Origin: a virus
Virus record (IMG/VR): IMGVR_UViG_3300010354_000061
Coordinates: 14,848-78,847 of that record
DNA length: 64,000 nucleotides
Reading direction: 5' to 3' (one strand)
Positions 57,829 through 64,000 of this stretch are shown piece by piece; the stretch's first letter is position 1, and each line of letters starts with the position of its first letter. A program made the translations under genes and the position numbers. The notes under the pieces are model-generated. The model saw only the letters and a program-made list of their open reading frames with translations. It ran no database searches and was not told the DNA's origin.

Positions 57829-58179
57829 TCAACCGCGTCGCATTTTTGCTACTTGCTCAGCATGTTGACTATCAAACACCGGAACAAGATTCGACTTGTG
57901 CATAGCAGCTACACCAATCATAGCAGTTCCAGTATACTGATTCTTTTCACGCTTAAACGTATCAATCCTATTAGTTTGGACAGACTCAAAAGTTTTATAA
58001 GTTTCACTACCAATTCGACGGAACGTTGTCTCGACGGATAGAGGCTTAAACACATCCTTGCGTTGTTCGATACCAAACTTCTTGCAATGCTTGACCCACG
58101 CTTCTTTTTGCTTCGCCTTCTGTTTCTTAGACTTCTTCGACGTCTGATGCGTATAGATCATCATATAAGATACACTCAA
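57829..58179 (-). CDS. Conserved phage hypothetical protein
   Basis: YTGT.M.G.A.MHKSNLVPVF. Confidence 0.65.
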   Translation of the reverse strand: MSVSYMMIYTHQTSKKSKKQKAKQKEAWVKHCKKFGIEQRKDVFKPLSVETTFRRIGSETYKTFESVQTNRIDTFKREKNQYTGTAMIGVAAMHKSNLVPVFDSQHAEQVAKMRRG

Positions 58180-58205
58180 AAAGAAACCATTGTACTACAA
58201 TAAAC

Positions 58206-58862
58206 TTAACAAGTCAACTTCTTACCCATGAATCCTAAACGAATGTCCTTACCTGGCACAGTATCACGAGAATCGATCCATTGCCAGCTTGAATCGTATA
58301 GTTTAAGCCAGTCGGGGTTGTTTTCTACATCAGACTCCCATATAACTTCGAGATAGTCACAGCTGTGGTTTTCAAAATCAGGATTATGACGTAGATGTAT
58401 TTCTATTGGCTTGCCAGCAATGTATTCAACATTTACAACATCGACGCCCTCGAACGAGGATACATCAAACCATCTGTCTAGAGGAAAGTCAAGAAGACTC
58501 ATCTTTGTCCAGTTCCTGAACTTATAAAGACTATCTTTTGCTTTAGAACCCATTACTGTAAGGCCTTGCTGAAAGTTATCTTTTGCCCAATAATCTACGG
58601 AAACGTGACTCCCTTCAAAGAACTCACACCAAAAATATCCTGCAGGAGTGATAATATCGTCTTGTTTCAAATTACAAGCATAGGCGTCTAGTGACATACC
58701 ATGAAGATTAATGATTGGACGAATAATATACTTACCATCACTAGGTATTGGTACTCCGCTCGGGCCACATCTATAACCACACATTTCTGCAATGTAGAGT
58801 TTATTAAACGTCCAATGATGGTTTGGATATTTTTGCCAAGCCCACGCATCATCATATTTCAT
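58206..58862 (-). CDS. Conserved phage protein, possibly ATP-grasp-like
   Basis: CGPSG..P..G.YIIRPI.NL.GM, FWCEFFEG.H.SVDY, NVE.I....IE.HLR. Confidence 0.55.
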   Translation of the reverse strand: MKYDDAWAWQKYPNHHWTFNKLYIAEMCGYRCGPSGVPIPSDGKYIIRPIINLHGMSLDAYACNLKQDDIITPAGYFWCEFFEGSHVSVDYWAKDNFQQGLTVMGSKAKDSLYKFRNWTKMSLLDFPLDRWFDVSSFEGVDVVNVEYIAGKPIEIHLRHNPDFENHSCDYLEVIWESDVENNPDWLKLYDSSWQWIDSRDTVPGKDIRLGFMGKKLTC

Positions 58863-59344
58863 TTCGGGTTTCCTTGTGCGTCAACTTCTATCCAGGTGTG
58901 ATCACCTAACCACTTAACACATAGTAGGTAATCATAATATTCTGGTTTTCCTGCGAACCAATCATCCGGACCAGTAGATGTAAGAATATTTTGATTTCTC
59001 TTCGAGTCAAACGCAAGCCAATAAATTGTGTTGTGGTTTGGCGTAAATTTATATTCTGCACTATGTACCATGTCAGTTAATTCAATCCGCCGCTTAATAC
59101 TTTCAGCTTGTTTCTGAAGAACAGACACAAGCTCCATAATTCTATTGTATTCTTGATGAGCATGTAGTCTGGCTACATTTCTCATTACATCTTTTTGTTT
59201 TAATACTGGGACAAGATCAAACTTAGGACTACTGATCTCTGTTGGGTATGGGGTTACGTTGCGGTTGATAAACGCTATAGTTGTATTAGCAATTACGGCG
59301 TCTTTGCTGTTTTTACCTTTAGCAAGGTTTGTTTTCTTTTTCAT
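58859..59344 (-). CDS. DUF2452-like hypothetical protein (start reassigned to 59344)
   Basis: PYPT....PKF, L.KQAE.IK.R, A.YKF.P, GP..W, D.TW. Confidence 0.6.
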   Translation of the reverse strand: MKKKTNLAKGKNSKDAVIANTTIAFINRNVTPYPTEISSPKFDLVPVLKQKDVMRNVARLHAHQEYNRIMELVSVLQKQAESIKRRIELTDMVHSAEYKFTPNHNTIYWLAFDSKRNQNILTSTGPDDWFAGKPEYYDYLLCVKWLGDHTWIEVDAQGNPK

Positions 59345-59346
59345 AA

Positions 59347-59423
59347 TGGTGGGCCCGCTTGGACTCGAACCAAGGACCAAAGGATTATGAGTCCTCTGCT
59401 CTAACCAACTGAGCTACAGGCCC
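59347..59423 (-). tRNA. tRNA with CAU anticodon, probably Ile2 (lysidine type)
   Basis: GGGCCTGTAGCTCAGTTGG...GAGGA-CTCATAA-TCCTT...GGTTCGAGTCC...CCA; resembles ileX-type, no initiator features. Confidence 0.88.
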
Positions 59424-59429
59424 AGCTGG

Positions 59430-59618
59430 TTACTCTTCTACATCTTCAGCTGGCGTGTCCTTTTTCTTACGCATTTTGTTCATTTGCTCAGCAACTTGGG
59501 CTTCAGTCATAATTCGTTTGTAGTCGTTCCGAGGGAAACCTTTATCGAAGTTTGCCATCATTCGCTTCGTTGCTTGCGACATCTTAAAGTTTTGATTTGT
59601 CTTCATATTATACTCCAA
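59430..59618 (-). CDS. Hypothetical protein
   Basis: NFKMS..TKRMMA. Confidence 0.55.
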   Translation of the reverse strand: MEYNMKTNQNFKMSQATKRMMANFDKGFPRNDYKRIMTEAQVAEQMNKMRKKKDTPAEDVEE

Positions 59619-60357
59619 GTAGTTCGTTAATCTTTTCCAAATTACGAAGATGTTTCCACGTATCCTTCCACCCCTTCACTGTAACAATTTTATGCTGATT
59701 GGGTTTGTGCTCACGCAATGCCTCAGCGAATGGGTAGTCGTTTCCTCCAAGGAACATTGAATCACCAACAAATGTTACGTGAATGTCGGGTCGCATAAAG
59801 TACTTGATAATTTGACGCTTGTCTTTATTAACTTCTGTGATATCAATACCAGTTTCACCAGCAACGATTGCCACAGCTCCTGAACTTTCAAATTGACGAT
59901 TGAACGCCTCAGCAATTTTTTGACGCTCTTTGGTACGCCTATCATAATCAGAGTATTGTTTACGTTCGCTGGCATTGGCATTACGACCCACAATACTGAA
60001 GTTAACAAGACCGTCACGCTTCTCAATGTGTCGGCCAGTCTTATTAGTAAACATACTACGCTGCAGCGTGTCGTTCAACCACGTGATCTGCTGGTCGTTG
60101 AGAGACCATTTGCTCGTGTAGATTTTTTTGCCTTTCTGGGTGATTGAGTTACCACTGCAGTTGAAGATCGCATCAGCAAGAAGACACACATCACTTCCTA
60201 CTTGCTCTACTGTCTTTTGATAATCGCTACCAGTGACGAAGAACACATTGTTATTCCTCATCCAGGCTTTTAACCATTTCTTGAACGAGAGGTCAATGTG
60301 GCCGCGACTCTCGGTAAGAGTGCCGTCAACATCAAACACATAAACATGATTCATCAT
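59608..60357 (-). CDS. Phosphomannomutase, HAD-IIB type
   Basis: FDVDGTLT..R, VTGSD..K..EQ, IE.R.GL.NFS..GR.A...ER, F.GD....GGND. Confidence 0.85.
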   Translation of the reverse strand: MMNHVYVFDVDGTLTESRGHIDLSFKKWLKAWMRNNNVFFVTGSDYQKTVEQVGSDVCLLADAIFNCSGNSITQKGKKIYTSKWSLNDQQITWLNDTLQRSMFTNKTGRHIEKRDGLVNFSIVGRNANASERKQYSDYDRRTKERQKIAEAFNRQFESSGAVAIVAGETGIDITEVNKDKRQIIKYFMRPDIHVTFVGDSMFLGGNDYPFAEALREHKPNQHKIVTVKGWKDTWKHLRNLEKINELLGV

Positions 60358-60363
60358 AATATC

Positions 60364-60834
60364 CTAAGAGTATTTTGTTTCCAGAACTTCCCAGACAGTT
60401 AGTGCCAGTTCAGATTGGCGGGCAAAAGCTTCGACTTCCCATGGTTGATTAATATAGTATTGGTAGTCGGTAATATTGTTGTCCCATAACTTACCATCCC
60501 AACGGTACGCCCACGCACGTTTCTCTTTAAGCCATACTGGATGTATTTTGCTTGTGTGGTGTTGTTCTGCGTGTACGAGCTCGTGGGCAAGTATTTCCAA
60601 GTATGGGATACTCGGACTAAGTCCGAACGATATGTCAACTCTTTTCTTGTCTTCATAGTAAAGTCCAGCAAACTTTTTCATTGGTTTGATTACAATCGTA
60701 ACATCTTTGGGAAAATTTAACAACTCCCTATACAAATTACAAGCATCTTTTGTAAACTCAATCAAACGTTGAGTACGTTGTTTATGCTTTCCGTTGTAAC
60801 CCTCTAAAGCAGATTTGGACCCTTGAATAATCAT
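60364..60834 (-). CDS. HExxH zincin-like metallopeptidase
   Basis: LAHELVHAEQ...Y..QPWEVEAF. Confidence 0.7.
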   Translation of the reverse strand: MIIQGSKSALEGYNGKHKQRTQRLIEFTKDACNLYRELLNFPKDVTIVIKPMKKFAGLYYEDKKRVDISFGLSPSIPYLEILAHELVHAEQHHTSKIHPVWLKEKRAWAYRWDGKLWDNNITDYQYYINQPWEVEAFARQSELALTVWEVLETKYS

Positions 60835-61023
60835 TGTGATCGAATCCTATAACCTGTTTTTAACATTCTTTCTATGTATTGATTGAAGCTAACGTCAGTA
60901 ATTTTTATGTTAACAGCTCTATTCTTACGACGTTCTTCAACTAAGTATTTATCGGTGTGGGGATAACAATATAACGTGATGACTGTATCATTGTCTTTTG
61001 ATATGAACTTTAACAGGATGTTG

Positions 61024-61593
61024 TTATTTGGTGTGAAGTGTTTGTTCATATCCGTATTTGCAGATAAAATAACTATCAATAATATCTGAGGAAGGATTCC
61101 ACTGACTTGGCGTCAGACCAAGTATCTTTTTAATATCAACACCAGTCTCGCTAATAAAAGATTCTTCCATCTTAGCTTTATCAGCGTTTCCCTTAGTTGT
61201 GGCAAACTTTTTGATTACCGTTGGTGGTATTGTACTGAAGTTTATTTTTAAAGTCCACAACTTATGTTTCAGTAGTCCAAGATTTTCAGCGATGTTGAAC
61301 ACACGTCCTGTAGATCCATAAGAATAGTCTTCAATATAAACGTGACTTGGATCGAGATGTATTATTTTGGATAAGGCCCAGTTAGAAATGTTGTCAAATC
61401 GTTCTTGGGCCGAAAGGTATTCACTAATTAATGTTCCGTCAAGGTTGTTTGACTTTCCTTCCAGCTTTTTCTTATCGGTTAGATAGAAGAAGTTACAGTT
61501 TTTATAGCTGAATTTGTTTCCACTAAAAGTGCAAACTGAAGGCGAGGTCATCGAATAATCGATGCCTACTATTCCTCCAGGTCTTCTTCCCAC
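61024..61593 (-). CDS. RuvC-like Holliday junction resolvase
   Basis: GIDYS.TSP, IEDYS, IAEN.G.LK, PP..IKKFAT.KGNA.K, DI.DSY. Confidence 0.8.
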   Translation of the reverse strand: MGRRPGGIVGIDYSMTSPSVCTFSGNKFSYKNCNFFYLTDKKKLEGKSNNLDGTLISEYLSAQERFDNISNWALSKIIHLDPSHVYIEDYSYGSTGRVFNIAENLGLLKHKLWTLKINFSTIPPTVIKKFATTKGNADKAKMEESFISETGVDIKKILGLTPSQWNPSSDIIDSYFICKYGYEQTLHTK

Positions 61594-61745
61594 AATTCTT
61601 CTTCATTCAAGCTGTCAAGTTCTTCACCACAAAAAGGACAAAATGAGACAGCTTGTCCGCTCTCTTTATCAAACAAGCTTTGTACTTTAAACTCAGCATC
61701 ACAGTTATAACACTGAGTGTATTCCATGTCTTCCAGTTCTAACAT
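61569..61745 (-). CDS. Small zinc-ribbon protein
   Basis: CYNC...FCPFCG; AGGAG RBS. Confidence 0.7.
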   Translation of the reverse strand: MLELEDMEYTQCYNCDAEFKVQSLFDKESGQAVSFCPFCGEELDSLNEEELWEEDLEE

Positions 61746-61753
61746 TTTTTCTC

Positions 61754-62731
61754 CTACGCCCACACTTCCTCCCAAGAACCAGTCAGTGCGCCTTTTGCAT
61801 AATCAGTAGAACGATTCTCGAAGAAGTTCGTGTGTATCGGGCTGTTAATCATTTCTTCCACCCAAGGTAACGGATTCTTTTTTACTTTAAACACGCCCTT
61901 GAGGCCAAGAGAGATTAGTCTCCTGTCTGCTATGTATCGAATATAGGTTTTGACGTCAGCTGGTGTAAGATTTTCCATTGGACCAATTTCAAAACAAAGA
62001 TCAATAAATTTATCTTCAAGCTCGACCATCTTCTCAGCAATTGTGTAGATTGCTGACTTTAACTCATCACCCCAGATGTCTCTGTTTTCTTCAATAAACG
62101 TTCTGAATAATTTAATCATCGATTCGGCGTGTTGAGTCTCATCGACAATTGACCAAGTAATGATCTGGCCCATACCCTTCATCTTTCCATGACGAGGAAA
62201 GTTGAGAAGCATAATGAACGAGGAGAATAACTGCATTCCTTCAGTGAAGGCTGAGAAAGCAGCAATCTGTTGTGCAATAGTTTTGGAGCTCTGTCCAGCC
62301 AACGAGACAAAGTAATCATGCTTTTCTCTCATTGCATCATACTCGAGAAACTCGTTATACGTCGTCTCAGGCATTCCAAGAGTTTCAATCAAGTGACTAT
62401 AAGCTGCAATATGCAAAGCTTCACGAGCAGCAAACCCAGTTAGCATCATACGAACTTCGGGCTGAGGAAAAAAAGGAAGATAATTCTTAACATACCCACC
62501 AGCAACGTCTACATCACCTTGCGTAAAGAAACGAAGGATGTGCGTAAGAAACTTCTTCTCTTCTGCTGTTAAACGCTTTTTCCAGTCCTTAACGTCTTCC
62601 ATCATCGGTACTTCTGTATGGAGCCAATGGCTTTGTTCATGCTTGAGCCACGAATCGTAAGCCCAAGGATATGAAAATGGTTTGAAGTAAGAACGTTCGT
62701 CGGTGAGTGTTAGTTTTTTCTTTGAAATCAT
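61754..62731 (-). CDS. nrdB: Ribonucleotide reductase class Ia beta subunit
   Basis: FKPF.YPWA, FFTQGD, REALH..AY, FTEGMQLFSSF, DETQH, NFFE. Confidence 0.95.
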   Translation of the reverse strand: MISKKKLTLTDERSYFKPFSYPWAYDSWLKHEQSHWLHTEVPMMEDVKDWKKRLTAEEKKFLTHILRFFTQGDVDVAGGYVKNYLPFFPQPEVRMMLTGFAAREALHIAAYSHLIETLGMPETTYNEFLEYDAMREKHDYFVSLAGQSSKTIAQQIAAFSAFTEGMQLFSSFIMLLNFPRHGKMKGMGQIITWSIVDETQHAESMIKLFRTFIEENRDIWGDELKSAIYTIAEKMVELEDKFIDLCFEIGPMENLTPADVKTYIRYIADRRLISLGLKGVFKVKKNPLPWVEEMINSPIHTNFFENRSTDYAKGALTGSWEEVWA

Positions 62732-62740
62732 TTTATTACC

Positions 62741-63418
62741 TTATAGTGTTACAACCATTTCTTCTGGACGGTGAACAAAAACGCTATCCAACCTCGTTAT
62801 TTCTTTAATCTTTACATATCCAAGAGGTCTCAAAACTTCCCACACTTGATCATAATTAGCTGCACACTCAAGAATTAGATGGGGCTTCCATTTCATGATT
62901 GTTTTGGTAGCTCCTATTAGTGCTTGAGGCTCAAATCCTTCAAGGTCAAGCTGAATTAATTTAACGTCTTGAAAGTCAAAACTGTCAATAGTAACTACTG
63001 GCACATCTATCTCTTCTGTTGCTGCTACTGCATTCATTCCAACATTCTTTTCATCTCTTACGACAACTTTCACATTGCCTGGTCTGTCACCTAGAGCACA
63101 ATTAAATTTAGAGATGTTCGGCATTTGTGTATTGTTAACCAAACAAAAGAAATTAACCATGTCTGGTTCAAACGTATACACACGTTTAAAATGCTCGCTG
63201 AGCAAAAGTGGATACACACCACAGTTGCCGCCAGCTTGGATTACGGTACCGTTCTTGAAATCAGGATTACTAAGGATATGTGGTTGGATTCCACTCATCC
63301 AATCTGTCATAATTAAACTGTACGTGTATTTGTCAACAAACGGCCAGTGCCACTGCTCCACATTACCGTGCTGAGCTTTTAAGATTCCACAACGCTGTTG
63401 AAAATTATTTAAGTTCAT
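62741..63418 (-). CDS. FkbM family methyltransferase
   Basis: VIQAGGNCG, VYTFEP, IQLDLEGFE..AL.GA. Confidence 0.85.
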   Translation of the reverse strand: MNLNNFQQRCGILKAQHGNVEQWHWPFVDKYTYSLIMTDWMSGIQPHILSNPDFKNGTVIQAGGNCGVYPLLLSEHFKRVYTFEPDMVNFFCLVNNTQMPNISKFNCALGDRPGNVKVVVRDEKNVGMNAVAATEEIDVPVVTIDSFDFQDVKLIQLDLEGFEPQALIGATKTIMKWKPHLILECAANYDQVWEVLRPLGYVKIKEITRLDSVFVHRPEEMVVTL

Positions 63419-64000
63419 TTACCCCTCACATGCTAAACAGACTTCTCCCTCCACTAGGGCTTTCATATCAATCTCTTCAATTACTTGACGCTCAATTCGT
63501 TTAGCAACTTTGTCAGCTTTGCCAATCTTCTCTGAACGGCAGTAATAAAGAGTCTTTAATCCTTGCTTCCATGCCATAAAATGAACAGCATGGAGATACT
63601 TAACACTACAGTTTGGCCTAAAAAACAAATTGATTGACTGTGCCTGGTCAATATATTCTTGACGGTGGGCTGCGTGGTCAACAATCCACCGCTGATCAAT
63701 TTCCATTGCAGTCTTGAACACATCCTTTTCCCACTCGTCCAGCACATCAAGATGTTGGACAGAACCATCATTAGCAATAATCGATGACCACACCTCTTGC
63801 AGCTTCTGCTCATCGTCTATCTTTGACTTGAGAAGCTTGTCGAGATACTTGTTCTTGTTTAGAAAAGAACCGGATAGTGTGTCTTGACGATATGCGTTAG
63901 CCCGATATGGTTCGACAGAAGGACTAGTATTCCCCATGATAATAGAACTAGAAGCGTTAGGAGCAATAGCCATAAGGTGGCTAAAGCGTAGACCGGTACC
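63419..64000 (-). CDS. nrdA: Ribonucleotide reductase class Ia alpha subunit, C-terminal part
   Basis: AIAPNASSS, SPSVEP, FKTA.EIDQ, IDQAQS.NLF, GLKTLYY.RS, CLACEG. Confidence 0.95.
   Translation of the reverse strand, partial: GTGLRFSHLMAIAPNASSSIIMGNTSPSVEPYRANAYRQDTLSGSFLNKNKYLDKLLKSKIDDEQKLQEVWSSIIANDGSVQHLDVLDEWEKDVFKTAMEIDQRWIVDHAAHRQEYIDQAQSINLFFRPNCSVKYLHAVHFMAWKQGLKTLYYCRSEKIGKADKVAKRIERQVIEEIDMKALVEGEVCLACEG

Larger units (their letters stand above)
32570..58218 (-). promoter_or_regulatory. Dispersed set of ~15 sigma70-like early promoters (span of the set)
   Basis: GTTGAC with a spaced -10-like hexamer; + strand GTCAAC at 32591, 33666, 35012, 39025, 39154, 42206, 43815, 44323, 45023, 46856, 47458, 48217, 48975, 49646, 58213. 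Confidence 0.75.

Noticed and set aside
59345-59380. N-terminal extension of ORF 58859..59380
   Set aside because: Overlaps the tRNA(CAU) 3' end; the start is more likely 59344
52319-64000. Introns or inteins in thyX, nrdB or the visible part of nrdA
   Set aside because: ORFs are continuous and of normal length
1-64000. Stop-codon reassignment or a diversity-generating retroelement
   Set aside because: Conserved genes are full length in the standard code, all three stops are used, and no suppressor tRNA or reverse transcriptase was seen

Overview
A 64-kb segment of a large T4-like myophage genome, probably infecting a proteobacterium; the host cannot be fixed from this window. 1-27 kb is a baseplate/tail module: split VrlC/DUF4815-like pair, gp8, gp7-like, gp6, gp25, PAAR, gp5, hub, gp53, gp48, gp4, gp2, gp54-like, gp26/gp51, tape-measure-like genes and a GH24 lysozyme. 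27-33.6 kb holds gp32, holin-like genes, gp59, gp33, a SleB hydrolase, a circularly permuted tmRNA, a PDG-like glycosylase and DUF932. 35-38 kb is a heptose operon (gmhA-gmhB-tal-hddA) behind a T4-type late promoter. 38-50 kb is an accessory region of small genes behind many sigma70-like promoters. It also contains tRNA-Leu, a type I hammerhead ribozyme, an A-tract/GC-tract repeat locus, recurring 16-bp pseudo-palindromes and a HiPIP with a capsid-targeting-like leader. 50-64 kb is DNA and nucleotide-sugar metabolism: exonuclease, phoH, thyX, rnh, glycosyltransferase, galE, cytidylyltransferase, tRNA-Ile2(CAU), PMM, RuvC-like, nrdB, FkbM and nrdA. The most notable candidates are the possibly virion-packaged HiPIP, the hammerhead with its downstream structured RNA, the two-piece tmRNA, a -1 frameshift joining gp26 to gp51, and a possible late virion-glycosylation system. 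All calls come from manual motif reading; no database searches were run.
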